Positions 39,041 to 49,051 of a stretch of DNA of 64,000 nucleotides are shown one piece after another. The position numbers and the translations under genes were made by a program. This DNA comes from Longimicrobiales bacterium. Its GTDB lineage: Bacteria > Gemmatimonadota > Gemmatimonadetes > Longimicrobiales > Gaopeijiaceae. Where the stretch lies: contig CBDANQ010000051.1 in the NCBI GenBank assembly GCA_965197725.1, positions 1 through 64,000 of the forward strand, read 5' to 3'. The notes beneath the pieces were generated by a model. The model saw only the letters and a list, made by a program, of their open reading frames with translations. It was not told the origin of the DNA and made no database searches. The number at the start of each line of letters is the position of its first letter. Position 1 is the first letter of the stretch.

Positions 39041-40581
39041 CGGAGCCACGGCGGAGGTACATCACCACGCCGATCTATTATGCGTCTGGCGACCCCCACA
39101 TCGGGCATGGCTACACGACGATCCTCTCAGATATACTCGCGCGCTTCGAGCGGCAGAACGGTACTGACGTCTTGTTCCTCACGGGCACGGACGAGCACGG
39201 CCCCAAGATCCAGGACGAAGCCGAACGCCGAGGGATGCAGCCGTTGGAGCTGTGCGACCTCATGGCCGAACGCTTCTCAGCCGCATGGACGACGCTCGGC
39301 ATCTCTCACGACCGTTTCATCCGGACGACCGAAGCCGAGCACAAGTCGATCGTCACCGCGTTCCTGCAGCGCCTCTGGGACCGCGGCCAGATCTATCAGG
39401 CTCCCTATTCCGGATGGTACTGCATCTACGAGGAGCGGTTCTGGACCGATAAGGACCTGGGTCCGGACAATACGTGCCCCGACTGCGGTCGGGCCGTCAA
39501 TCATCTGGAAGAGACGAACTATTTCTTCAAGATGGGCGAGTACCAAGCGACGCTGATCGCACACATCGAACAGAACCCCGACTGGATCGTGCCGGAGGAG
39601 CGGAAGCACGAGGTTTTGGGCTTCCTCCAGAACCCGCTCGGAGACCTCTCGCTCTCGAGACCAAAGTCGCGTGTCAATTGGGGCATCACCCTACCGTTCG
39701 ACGAAGACCACACGGTATACGTGTGGGTCGACGCGCTGATTAACTACCTCACCGCCTCCGGCGCGATCGATCCGACTCGGCCCGTCGGTGAGCAGGGCTT
39801 CGAAGACGTGTCCGGCTCCTGGTGGCCCTGCGACTTGCACCTGGTCGGCAAGGATATCATCACCACGCACGCCGTGTACTGGCCGACGCTTCTGATGGGC
39901 GTTGGCCTGCCGCTGCCTGAGCAGATCCTGGCTCACGGTTGGTGGTTGGTCGGTGATACTAAGATGTCGAAGTCGTTCGGGAATGTGATCGACCCGCTCG
40001 CGCTGAGCGACGAATTCGGTACCGACGCGGTACGCTGGTACCTCCTCCGAGAGATGCCCACCGGCGCCGACGCCTCATACACGGCCGAGCGCTTCATGAC
40101 CCGATACGAAGAGCTAGCGAACGTGCTTGGAAACCTCGTGAGTCGAGTTATCTCCATGGTTGGCAAGTATCGCGACGGGGTCGTCCCGGATGCGCGCGGG
40201 ACGGGGCTCGACGAGCAGATCAAGGCCACGTTCGCGACCGCACGTCACGCGATGGCGCGCTACAAGGTGCACGAGGCGCTCGCGGCCGCGATGGACTTGG
40301 CGCGGACAGCCAACGGATACGTCGAAGATCGTCAACCGTGGTCGCAAGCCAAAGACCCAGCGGCAGCTTCGGAGTTGGACGAGACGCTCGCGAGCCTGTG
40401 TCGGGTTCTCGCAGCTCTGTGTGCGCTCTTCGAGCCCGTGGCGCCTCATAAGATGGCCGAGCTGTCCGCACGGCTGGGGCTGGGCGCAGTCCCGACGCTG
40501 GATGAAGCGCGAGCCGTCTCCCTGGCAGGCCAAACCGTCTCGAAGGGGAGCCCCCTCTTCCCCCGCGTAGACCCTGCTTGA
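39037..40581 (+). CDS. metG: Methionine--tRNA ligase (short form)
   Basis: YITTPIYY, PHIGH, TGTDEHG, YVWVDALINY and KMSKS; TTG start overlaps the ricT stop. Confidence 0.96.
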   Translation: MTEPRRRYITTPIYYASGDPHIGHGYTTILSDILARFERQNGTDVLFLTGTDEHGPKIQDEAERRGMQPLELCDLMAERFSAAWTTLGISHDRFIRTTEAEHKSIVTAFLQRLWDRGQIYQAPYSGWYCIYEERFWTDKDLGPDNTCPDCGRAVNHLEETNYFFKMGEYQATLIAHIEQNPDWIVPEERKHEVLGFLQNPLGDLSLSRPKSRVNWGITLPFDEDHTVYVWVDALINYLTASGAIDPTRPVGEQGFEDVSGSWWPCDLHLVGKDIITTHAVYWPTLLMGVGLPLPEQILAHGWWLVGDTKMSKSFGNVIDPLALSDEFGTDAVRWYLLREMPTGADASYTAERFMTRYEELANVLGNLVSRVISMVGKYRDGVVPDARGTGLDEQIKATFATARHAMARYKVHEALAAAMDLARTANGYVEDRQPWSQAKDPAAASELDETLASLCRVLAALCALFEPVAPHKMAELSARLGLGAVPTLDEARAVSLAGQTVSKGSPLFPRVDPA

Positions 40582-40670
40582 CCCTTCGCCCCGGCTTGAC
40601 GAGGAGCGAACGCGGCCTTCTTTTCCGTGCTGCGGGTGCCCCATTACGTGAATCGCTACAAAGGCGCCGA

Positions 40671-41606
40671 ATGCCCGGTGATCGGTGGACCTTCCTCGTT
40701 GTCCGTGGCGAGGACAGCCCGGTCAGGCAGTACTCGTTCTCCTCTCGCTTCCTACGCGGCGCGCTGGGAGGGGTCGCCACCCTCGCGCTACTGCTCGTGG
40801 GGTATGCGCTGGCCGTCGGCATCGACGGCTATTCGCGCGTCCGCGCCAGCCGCCTCGAGGCCCGAAACGAAGCGCTTCGCATAGAGTTTGAGCAGTTCCA
40901 ACGCCGGATCGATCTTCTCGAGGGCACTCTCGACGAGGTCGCGGCTAACGATGCCCGGTTCCGTGGCATCGCCGGACTCGAATCGATCGATCCCGAAGTC
41001 CTGCAGGCAGGTGTCGGCGGCCCGGGGCTCGGTTCCCCCGAAAGCTACGCGCTCTGGTCCGTAGACCCGGTCGCCTCGAGGACCGCCTTCGCGGTCTCGT
41101 ACGATCTCAACGAGCTCGAACGCCGGGCGCGGCTGCTCTCGGCGAGCCTCGCCGAAGCGACGGACTCGGTGCTCGCGCATCGCGACCTGCTCGAGTCGAC
41201 CCCGTCGATCCTTCCCACCGCGGGTTGGAGGAGTAGCTCGTTCTCGAAGTCCCGCATGCACCCCATCCACAACCGCCCACTTCCGCACCCCGGCATCGAC
41301 ATCTCGGCGATCAAGGGCACGTCGATTTTCGCGGCAGCCAAAGGCCGAGTGGTCCGCTCCGGCTGGGTCGTCGGGTACGGGCTCACCATCGAGATCGATC
41401 ACGGCTTCGGATACACGACTCTCTATGGTCACGCCGCCAAGATCATCGCCCAGCGAGGCAAACAAGTGAAGCGTGGGGACGTGATCGCGCAGGTAGGAAG
41501 CACCGGGATCGCGACCTCCGCGCACCTGCACTATGAGGTGCGCGTGAACGGTGTGGCTCAGAACCCCGAGAACTTCATCCTACCCGAACAGGTAATACGA
41601 TACTGA
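40671..41606 (+). CDS. M23 family metallopeptidase
   Basis: TM plus coiled coil; HPGID, YGH and STGIATSAHLHYEV. Confidence 0.92.
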   Translation: MPGDRWTFLVVRGEDSPVRQYSFSSRFLRGALGGVATLALLLVGYALAVGIDGYSRVRASRLEARNEALRIEFEQFQRRIDLLEGTLDEVAANDARFRGIAGLESIDPEVLQAGVGGPGLGSPESYALWSVDPVASRTAFAVSYDLNELERRARLLSASLAEATDSVLAHRDLLESTPSILPTAGWRSSSFSKSRMHPIHNRPLPHPGIDISAIKGTSIFAAAKGRVVRSGWVVGYGLTIEIDHGFGYTTLYGHAAKIIAQRGKQVKRGDVIAQVGSTGIATSAHLHYEVRVNGVAQNPENFILPEQVIRY

Positions 41607-41631
41607 GCCGCTCGAGAGGTCCGAAGTTCCC

Positions 41632-41655
41632 AGGGCGCCCTCGGGCGCCCTTTCT
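41632..41655 (+). terminator. GC-rich hairpin, possible intrinsic terminator
   Basis: AGGGCGCCC-TC-GGGCGCCCT followed by TTCT. Confidence 0.5.
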
Positions 41656-41676
41656 GCTGTCATTAGAGGACTGTTC

Positions 41677-42876
41677 ATGCGGGTTGTTCCGAGCCTACTA
41701 CTGCTTCTAGCACCTCCCGTCTCCCTACACGCGCAGGCAAGTGACGCGGCCTTTGCCCCGGACACGATCGTGCAGATGCCGGGCGGCCCGCGCGTCGTCC
41801 TGCTACGCGCCGAGGCCGGGGGGGGCGCCGCGCTCAGACTCTCCGTACCGTTCATCGAGAGTGCTGCGGAGGCGGGCGCCGGCCGGATGCTGGCCGCGCT
41901 GGCGGAGCACCGCATGCTGGGACCGGCCCGCCAGCTTGGCGCCCGCGTCTCCGCCAGCCGGACGCCGTGGGGCCTGGCGTATTCGGTGGAAGGCGCCGAA
42001 GTCGATCTCGACTACCTGACGTACTTGCTCCGGCTCGCAACCGCAGAGCCTCGTCCGGAAAGCGGCCTGCTGGAGGCCATCCGGGCTGAGCTCATCGGGG
42101 ATCTGGAGCGTCAGGCCGAGTCCCCGGGCGATCGCCTGCTCGCGGACCTTCGCGGCGCGGCGGCGCCGGAGCTCACACCGTTGGCGGGATCGCGCGGCTC
42201 GGTTCGTCTCCTCAACGAAGCTCGGCTACGGGCGGTATGGCGGAGGACCCATCGTGGTATGTCGATGTCGCTCGTGGCGATGACGTCCGCGAGTCCAGCG
42301 GCGCTTCTCGCGATGCTCGAAGCGATCGGTCTCCCAGCAGGCCAAGTGGCGGCTCCGCTGAACGCTCCAGGCCCGCGAGGGGGGAGCATCGATCCGCTTC
42401 CTCTGCGAAGCTGGTACGGGGAGGCCCGAGTCGACCACGCGGTGGCGGATCCGCACGCGACGGTCGCCGCGCACCTCATCTCACAAAGCGTCACAGACGT
42501 GGGTCCAGGGGTTGAAGTCGGCGTGCGCATCTGGCAGCTCCGTGACAGGACCTTGCTCGTGGTCGCGGGCGCGGCCGGGAGCCGGCGAGCCGCCGCTTCC
42601 CTCAGAGAGGCAGTGCAGGCGGCGTTCGGTGACGTTGCGGCTTCGCTCGACGCACGAGAGGTCGAGGACGCAGTCGATCGTGTGGGCCGCGAGTATCGGA
42701 CTCGCGCTCGCACACCCGGGGGTCTCGTCGAGCAGGTAGGCCGCATGGCCGATAGCACGGGCGGCCCGTCGGACGCGTCGCGGTATCTCGCCAGGTTGGC
42801 CCGCGTGACCGCCGCAAGTCTCGCCGCCTACCTCGACGGCCTGGGGATGTCCGTCGTGGTGGAGCTTCTGCCATGA
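41677..42876 (+). CDS. Secreted M16 (insulinase)-like protein lacking HxxEH
   Basis: Signal peptide; M16-like N-terminal strand pattern, GAGRMLAAL in place of HxxEH, PLAGSRGSV..L, and C-terminal LARVTAASL. Confidence 0.6.
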   Translation: MRVVPSLLLLLAPPVSLHAQASDAAFAPDTIVQMPGGPRVVLLRAEAGGGAALRLSVPFIESAAEAGAGRMLAALAEHRMLGPARQLGARVSASRTPWGLAYSVEGAEVDLDYLTYLLRLATAEPRPESGLLEAIRAELIGDLERQAESPGDRLLADLRGAAAPELTPLAGSRGSVRLLNEARLRAVWRRTHRGMSMSLVAMTSASPAALLAMLEAIGLPAGQVAAPLNAPGPRGGSIDPLPLRSWYGEARVDHAVADPHATVAAHLISQSVTDVGPGVEVGVRIWQLRDRTLLVVAGAAGSRRAAASLREAVQAAFGDVAASLDAREVEDAVDRVGREYRTRARTPGGLVEQVGRMADSTGGPSDASRYLARLARVTAASLAAYLDGLGMSVVVELLP

Positions 42877-44093
42877 AGACATGTCGCTCGTCCGCCGTAA
42901 CAGGAGGGTTGCTCGCCGCGTTGATCGGCGCCTGCGTTTCGCCCCTTCCAGGCCAATCCACCGCCTACGCCGCGGTGAGCGTCGACGACGGAAACCGGGC
43001 CCCGCTGGTCGTCATTGGCACCCGCCTGCCGATCGGTTCGCGGCACGATGCAGCGGGCCTCGAAGGAACCGCGTGGCTGCTCGGCAAGACCCTGGCCACC
43101 CACGCGAACGCGGCGCTGGGTCCGGAGGCTGAGGTCACGGTCGATGTCGGGAGGTCGTCGACGCTGTTCATCCTGTCCGTGCTGCCCGGCGCGTGGCCGG
43201 TCGCGTGGGCGACCTTCGAGCAGACTCTCTTCGAAGCGTCGCTCGACTCGGCCGCGTTCGAGCGGGAGCGGTCTACGCTGTCCACACGGGTGCTTTTCCA
43301 GAGAGGATCCCCGGCGCTGGATTCCGAACGGAGGACGGTGCAGCTCGTTGCGTCGGCCTCCAGCCCATGGGCCCGGCCCGCGCGCGGCACGCACGAGTCT
43401 CTCGAGGCGCTGACGATTCGCGACGCGCAACTTCTCCGCCGTACCGAATACTCGGCCGCATCCTCCGTGGTCGCGGCGGTGGGCCTTGGCGACAACCCGG
43501 TCTTGCGTGATCACCCACCCCGGCTCGTGACCTCTCCGCCCGAGGGACCAGCATGGACCGTCGGCACGCTGCTCAATGTCACCCAGGAAGTCACTAGCAG
43601 TTGGATCTCGGTTGCGTACCCGGTGGAGGGCCCGCTGCCTCGAACCGCGTTGGAGTTCGTCGCACACCTCATCCGCTGGCGACTGGACCCGCTCCCGGCG
43701 GACCCGAGCCGATATGGAATCGAAGTGAGCTTGGTAGACGCGCCCCTCGGTGCGGTGATCGCGGTGGAGGCCGCCGTGACTCCGGAGGCGTCGGAGCGGT
43801 TCGAGCAAGAAATCCTGCAGGTCGTGTCCAGCCTGGCGGAGGAGCCACCTGAAGGTGACTTCTTCACATGGGACCGTCGGCGCTTTCGCGCCGCCCGGCT
43901 CCTCACCGAGGCAGCTCCCGAGCGCGCCGTGGCCAGGATCACATCGGATCTGATGCGCGACGGCCAGAGCCGCGACGTGGCCGAGGACATTTGGGAGATC
44001 ACGCCCGAGGCGGTGGCGCGCGCGCTGCGTGCGCTCGGCGATCCGCGAGTCTTGAGGCTGGGTCCGGACCTCGGAGCTCGCAGTTCACGCTGA
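42873..44093 (+). CDS. Secreted M16 (insulinase)-like protein lacking HxxEH
   Basis: GSRHDAAGLEGTAWLL, PWARPARGTHESLEALT and EITPEAV; ATGA overlap. Confidence 0.7.
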   Translation: MKTCRSSAVTGGLLAALIGACVSPLPGQSTAYAAVSVDDGNRAPLVVIGTRLPIGSRHDAAGLEGTAWLLGKTLATHANAALGPEAEVTVDVGRSSTLFILSVLPGAWPVAWATFEQTLFEASLDSAAFERERSTLSTRVLFQRGSPALDSERRTVQLVASASSPWARPARGTHESLEALTIRDAQLLRRTEYSAASSVVAAVGLGDNPVLRDHPPRLVTSPPEGPAWTVGTLLNVTQEVTSSWISVAYPVEGPLPRTALEFVAHLIRWRLDPLPADPSRYGIEVSLVDAPLGAVIAVEAAVTPEASERFEQEILQVVSSLAEEPPEGDFFTWDRRRFRAARLLTEAAPERAVARITSDLMRDGQSRDVAEDIWEITPEAVARALRALGDPRVLRLGPDLGARSSR

Positions 44094-44167
44094 AGTCAGC
44101 CATGCGTACGCTCGAAGCCGGCGACGCCAAGGGGAGGATTGTCTGGGGGTTCTTGTCCCGCGAAAGC

Positions 44168-44196
44168 TTGATGCATGTTTTCCCGCGCTGTACCTT
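44168..44196 (+). promoter_or_regulatory. Sigma70-like promoter
   Basis: TTGATG-17 bp-TACCTT about 40 nt upstream of ATG 44237. Confidence 0.45.
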
Positions 44197-44236
44197 CGGG
44201 CGCTTGTTCCCCGAGTAAACTAGACGGAGTTTGTCT

Positions 44237-45019
44237 ATGAGGCGTAGCGCCCTCCCGTTTGCCATGAGCCTGCTTCTCGCCGCCGCAGCGTGCGGGCCGG
44301 CGGAGGTAGTGGTGACGATAGAGATCGATGTCGACGACCCCGACGGGGACGGCACCATCACGCGTGCCCTCTCCGAAGTCGAGGTTCGGCTTGTTCCGTA
44401 TGATCGCGATGCGGTCTTCGACTCGATGACCGCCGCGTTCGGTACGCCAGAGCCCCCGGTCCCCGAAGATTTGGTCGCGGCCCGTGACGAGGTTCGCATG
44501 GCGCAGGAGGCATGGCAGCAGGCGCAGACTCGCTGGAATACGATCAGAGACACACTCCAGAAGCTGAACACCGCCCTTGAGGGGTACAGTCGAGGTGAGG
44601 CCCGGTACACCGCCCTTTTCCGCGAGTGGAATGACTTCGACGCGGAGCTCGGCGGCGTTGATCGGCAGATGACCCAATCGTTCGACAGCTTCACTGAGTT
44701 GCAACAGGGTACCATACGCGCTTCGGACTCGGTTCGCATCCTCCGGGAAAACTGGGGAGACGAAGCCTTCGCCGGGGTGGGTGAGATCTTCCTCGCCAAG
44801 AGCCGGGCGTCCGGCCTCCAGGAAGCGACGGACACCACCGACGCCATGGGTGTCGCGCGCACGCACCTCCAGGTAGCACCCGGCCAATACTGGGTACATG
44901 CCCGCTACGAGCTCGCGTACACGGAGCTGTACTGGAACGTCATGATCACAGTCGAGAGAGGCGAGCCCATCCAGGTTCGGCTTAGTGGAGAGAATGCCGA
45001 CGAGCGCATCAAGCTCTAG
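44237..45019 (+). CDS. Hypothetical lipoprotein with a helical coiled-coil insert
   Basis: Lipobox AAAC; beta N- and C-terminal segments around a long heptad helix. Confidence 0.8.
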   Translation: MRRSALPFAMSLLLAAAACGPAEVVVTIEIDVDDPDGDGTITRALSEVEVRLVPYDRDAVFDSMTAAFGTPEPPVPEDLVAARDEVRMAQEAWQQAQTRWNTIRDTLQKLNTALEGYSRGEARYTALFREWNDFDAELGGVDRQMTQSFDSFTELQQGTIRASDSVRILRENWGDEAFAGVGEIFLAKSRASGLQEATDTTDAMGVARTHLQVAPGQYWVHARYELAYTELYWNVMITVERGEPIQVRLSGENADERIKL

Positions 45020-45083
45020 AAGGTGGCAGCCCGCTGTACTTGTTCAACAGTCTTCTAGAAGGGTCGCTAGCGGCGAGAAGTCC

Positions 45084-47261
45084 TTGAGCGTAGCGACGAA
45101 AACCAGCGTCTCACCGACGTTCGAGATCGACTCCGACGGCATCGGATGGATCACGTTCGACGATCCTGAGCGCAGCCTGAACGTTCTGGCAGAGCCTGTA
45201 ATGCGGCGCTTCGCAGAGACGCTCGGCAGTGCCCGGGCGGCCGGTCGAGAGGGCCAGGTCAAGGTGGTCGTGATCCGTAGCGGTAAGTCCGGCTCGTTCA
45301 TCGCCGGGGCCGACGTTGATCAGATCGCCCAACTCGAGGATCCCTCAGACGCCGAGCAGAAGATCCGGCTGGGTCAGGCGATCTTCATGGACGTCGAGAC
45401 GCTCCCGGTTCCGACCGTCGCGGCGATCCATGGGGTCTGCTTGGGCGGCGGCGTCGAGGTGGCGCTGGCGTGCACGCATCGCGTTCTGTCCGATTCGAAG
45501 AAGACAAAGATCGGGCTGCCCGAGGTCATGCTCGGCATTCTGCCCGCCTGGGGCGGCACGACCCGCCTGCCCCGCCTCGTCGGCCTGCAGGCCGCCCTCG
45601 ACTTGCTGCTCACAGGAAAGCAGATCGACAGCCGAAAGGCGCGGCGGATCGGCTTCGCCGGAGAGGTGTATCCCGAGCACATCTTCGACAAGATGGTCCG
45701 CGACTTCGTGCTGAAGGCACGTCGGCAGCCGCGTACCGGGTCCCGGCGCGAGGCCAAGCTGGTTACGCGCGTCCTCGACGGCACCACGTTGGGGCGCAAG
45801 CTCGTGCTACGGACTGCCCGCAAGAAGGTCGTGTCGAGCACGGGTGGGCACTATCCGGCACCGCTACGCATCCTGGACATCCTCGACGAATACCAGACTG
45901 GGCCCCTCGAGGCGAGCCTGTCGGCGGAGGCGCGCCTCGCGGCGGAGTTGGTCGTATCTACGGTCAGCAAGAACCTCGTGCACGTCTTTCGCATGCGCGA
46001 AGCGGCCCGGAGGGGGACCGGCGTGACGAGTGGCGATGCAGCGCCCAGAGAGGTGAGAAACCTCGGCGTGCTCGGGGCCGGCATCATGGGGGGCGGCATT
46101 GCGCAGTTGGCCGCGTACAACGACGTGCGTGTCTACATGAAGGACATCCGCCACCACGCGGTGACCGGAGGTCTCCAGCACGCCCGCGATCTCTTCGACA
46201 AGGCGGTCAAGCGGCGCAAGCTCTCGACGCGTGAGGCGCGTCAGCGCATGGAGATGGTCACTGGCGGTCTCGAGTACCACGGTCTTTCCACCGCGGAATT
46301 CGTCGTGGAGGCCGTAGTCGAGCGCATGGACGTGAAGCATGCTGTGCTTCGAGAAACCGAGCAGAATGTGGACGAGGCCTGCGTGCTCGCGACGAACACG
46401 TCGTCGCTCTCCGTGGATGAGATGGCGGGCGCGCTCGAACGTCCCGAGCGGTTCTGCGGCCTGCACTTCTTCAACCCGGTGCACCGGATGCCACTCGTGG
46501 AGGTCATCCGAGGATCCGCGTCGGACGCCGTCACGATCGCGACCGTATACGCCTTCGCGCTCGAGCTCGGCAAGGTCCCGGTCGTGGTCGGTGACGGGCC
46601 GGGTTTCCTTGTGAATCGCATCCTGGGCCCCTACCTGAACGAGGCTGGCTTCCTGCTGGGAGACGGGGCGAGCATCCGACAGATCGACGCCCAGGCGAGG
46701 CATTTCGGCATGCCGATGGGCCCGCTCCGTCTCATCGACGAAGTGGGCATCGACGTCTCGGCCCACGCGGGCGCCGCTCTTCACAAGGGTCTCGGAGAGC
46801 GCCTGGCTCCTTCCCCCGTGCTCGTAGCGCTCGGCAGGACCGAGCGCCTTGGCAGGAAAGGAGGCCGGGGCTTCTACCTGTACGAGAAGGGACGCCAGAA
46901 GCAGGTCGACGAATCGGTGTATGCGGAACTCGGAGCGTCGGTGCCCACCGAGCGACGCAAGCTTCGCGATCGGGACATGCGTGCCCGGCTCGTCGTACAG
47001 ATGATCAATGAAGCCGCGCGGGCGCTCGACCAGGGTATCGTAAGCACCGCGGCAGACCTCGACCTCGCGATGATCATGGGCACGGGCTTTCCACCGTTCC
47101 GCGGCGGATTACTTCGTTTCGCCGACTCGCTACACCCGAAAGGTGTGCTCGACCGCGCACGCGAGCTCGAGCAGGCGCATGGAGACCGGTTCGCGCCAGC
47201 GGACCTTCTGGTCGAATTGGCGAACAGTGATCGCACGTTCTACGAGGCCTTCAGTACGTGA
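45084..47261 (+). CDS. fadJ: Fatty acid oxidation complex alpha subunit (enoyl-CoA hydratase/3-hydroxyacyl-CoA dehydrogenase)
   Basis: FIAGAD, CLGGGVE, GLPEVMLG, GAGIMGGGIA, ATNTSSL, HFFNPVHRMPLVE and GTGFPPFRGG; start approximate. Confidence 0.92.
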   Translation: MSVATKTSVSPTFEIDSDGIGWITFDDPERSLNVLAEPVMRRFAETLGSARAAGREGQVKVVVIRSGKSGSFIAGADVDQIAQLEDPSDAEQKIRLGQAIFMDVETLPVPTVAAIHGVCLGGGVEVALACTHRVLSDSKKTKIGLPEVMLGILPAWGGTTRLPRLVGLQAALDLLLTGKQIDSRKARRIGFAGEVYPEHIFDKMVRDFVLKARRQPRTGSRREAKLVTRVLDGTTLGRKLVLRTARKKVVSSTGGHYPAPLRILDILDEYQTGPLEASLSAEARLAAELVVSTVSKNLVHVFRMREAARRGTGVTSGDAAPREVRNLGVLGAGIMGGGIAQLAAYNDVRVYMKDIRHHAVTGGLQHARDLFDKAVKRRKLSTREARQRMEMVTGGLEYHGLSTAEFVVEAVVERMDVKHAVLRETEQNVDEACVLATNTSSLSVDEMAGALERPERFCGLHFFNPVHRMPLVEVIRGSASDAVTIATVYAFALELGKVPVVVGDGPGFLVNRILGPYLNEAGFLLGDGASIRQIDAQARHFGMPMGPLRLIDEVGIDVSAHAGAALHKGLGERLAPSPVLVALGRTERLGRKGGRGFYLYEKGRQKQVDESVYAELGASVPTERRKLRDRDMRARLVVQMINEAARALDQGIVSTAADLDLAMIMGTGFPPFRGGLLRFADSLHPKGVLDRARELEQAHGDRFAPADLLVELANSDRTFYEAFST

Positions 47262-47851
47262 TCGGGGGCATCGTGCCCTGCGCGGGAGCCTCCGCTCGCA
47301 TGGGCATGCCGAAGGCACTGCTCTCGATCCACGGCAGAACCTTCGTACAAGCCGTCGTCGATGCCTTGAGCGCCGGCGGCTGCGAGCCCGTGTTATCGGT
47401 CGTGCCGGATGACCCGGTGATCGCGGAAGCCGCACGCGCCACGGGGGCGCGCGTGCTCACGAACCCACACCCCGGTGAGGGGCCCATCACTTCGATGCGG
47501 CTCGCGCTGGCGGAATTGGAAGACTCCGTGGAGGGAGTAATCTACCTCGCTGTCGACCATCCATGCGTTCGTGCCGAGACCGTTGCGACGCTTCTGGACG
47601 CTGCGCGATCGACGGACGCGCCGCTCGTGATTCCCACGTACGAGGGCGAGCGAGGCCATCCGAGCTTCTTCCGCGAGAGCCTGTTCGGCGAACTAATTGA
47701 TCCCACGTTGGACGGCGGGGCACGGACGGTCGTGCACAGACACCTGGACCACGCCGAACTGGTCGCGGTGAACGACCCAGGGATCCGCTTGGACATCGAC
47801 ACACCGGCGGACTACGAGCCAATGCTCGCGGCCGGTGCTCACGCGCAGTGA
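47258..47851 (+). CDS. Molybdenum cofactor cytidylyltransferase-like nucleotidyltransferase (MocA-like)
   Basis: CAGASARMGMPKALL, VDHP, RGHP, GGAR and DIDTPADY; adjacent to XdhC genes. Confidence 0.85.
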   Translation: MIGGIVPCAGASARMGMPKALLSIHGRTFVQAVVDALSAGGCEPVLSVVPDDPVIAEAARATGARVLTNPHPGEGPITSMRLALAELEDSVEGVIYLAVDHPCVRAETVATLLDAARSTDAPLVIPTYEGERGHPSFFRESLFGELIDPTLDGGARTVVHRHLDHAELVAVNDPGIRLDIDTPADYEPMLAAGAHAQ

Positions 47852-48687
47852 CACTGCACGCCACGGACGCCGCGACGCTGTTGGTCGAGACGGCGGAGGA
47901 GGGCGGCAGCGCGGTGGTCGCGGTCCTCGTCGGCGGGACCTCCGACGCCCCAGACGCGGCCCGGGTCGCATGGATCGAGTGCGCGGGCGCTGAGCCCCAG
48001 GTCCGCGGCTCGCTAGGCGCCGCTCGGCTCGATGACGCGGCGATATCCCTGATGAAGGAGGTCCTCGCGAAGCCGAGGGGCTCCGACGGGCTGCACGAAC
48101 TGACGGTCGACGGCGCCGTGCTCGAGCTCTACTTGGAAGTGCGCAGGCCGGTCCAGGAGCTGATCATCGTTGGAGCCGGACACATCGCCCAGCCCCTGTC
48201 CCATATGGGCGCGTTGCTCGGTTTCCGAGTCTCGGTATTGGATGACCGGCCCGACTTCGCGACCGGCGAACGATTTCCGGACGCCGAGCGCGTGTTTCAG
48301 GCAGACTTCGATGATCCGTTCAGAGACGCCAGGCTGCACGAGCGCTCGCACATCCTGCTGGTCACGCGCGGCCACAAGTACGACTATGCGTGCCTCGTGC
48401 GCGCGCTACGCGTGGATCCGCCTCCCGCGTATATCGGTATGATCGGGAGTCGGCGGCGTGTTCGCGCGACGTACGTGCAGCTGCTCGACGAGGGGTTCAA
48501 CCGTGAACAACTGGATCGAATCCACGCCCCCGTCGGTCTCGACATCGGCGCGGAAACGCCCGAAGAGATCGCAGTGTCGGTTGCGGCTGAACTGGTGAAG
48601 GTACGGAGGGGAGGCACGGGAGCCTCGCTCCAGGAGGTGGAGCGGGTAGCAGAGCGCTTCTTCTCTGACGGAGATGAAGAAAAATGA
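47848..48687 (+). CDS. XdhC family protein (Rossmann part, degenerate N-terminal domain)
   Basis: IIVGAGHIA, DDRPDFA, VTRGHKYD, YIGMIGSRRR and APVGLDIGAETPEEIAVS. Confidence 0.92.
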   Translation: MTLHATDAATLLVETAEEGGSAVVAVLVGGTSDAPDAARVAWIECAGAEPQVRGSLGAARLDDAAISLMKEVLAKPRGSDGLHELTVDGAVLELYLEVRRPVQELIIVGAGHIAQPLSHMGALLGFRVSVLDDRPDFATGERFPDAERVFQADFDDPFRDARLHERSHILLVTRGHKYDYACLVRALRVDPPPAYIGMIGSRRRVRATYVQLLDEGFNREQLDRIHAPVGLDIGAETPEEIAVSVAAELVKVRRGGTGASLQEVERVAERFFSDGDEEK

Positions 48688-49031
48688 CGCACGACGACGA
48701 CAGGTCGCTGACCGAAGCGCTGCAGACGGCTCGTGAAGCGGGCCGACGGTGCGCGCTCGCCACGATCGTGGGCACGAAGGGCTCCACACCTCGCAAGGTC
48801 GGTGCGCGCATGCTCGTCGACCCTGAGACCGGTTTGGTCGGGACCGTCGGCGGCGGCTGTGGTGAGGCAGAAGTGATCGAGGCGGCGCACGAGGTCCTGG
48901 AGACGGGTATCCCCCGTCGCGTCAGGGTCGACCTCACGGACGACTTCGTCTCATGGAGTCCCGCGGTGTGTGGCGGCGTCATGGATATTTTTCTCGAGGC
49001 GGTGGACGGCCGCGCCTCGAGCAGCCCCTAG
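48684..49031 (+). CDS. Stand-alone XdhC/CoxI N-terminal domain protein
   Basis: GSTPRKVGARM, GTVGGGCGE and AVCGGVMDIFLE. Confidence 0.9.
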   Translation: MTHDDDRSLTEALQTAREAGRRCALATIVGTKGSTPRKVGARMLVDPETGLVGTVGGGCGEAEVIEAAHEVLETGIPRRVRVDLTDDFVSWSPAVCGGVMDIFLEAVDGRASSSP

Positions 49032-49050
49032 CAGCCCCTGGCAGCCCCCG
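49021..49050 (+). repeat. 10-bp unit x3 across a stop codon
   Basis: GCAGCCCCTA GCAGCCCCTG GCAGCCCCCG. Confidence 0.85.
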
Positions 49051-49051
49051 G

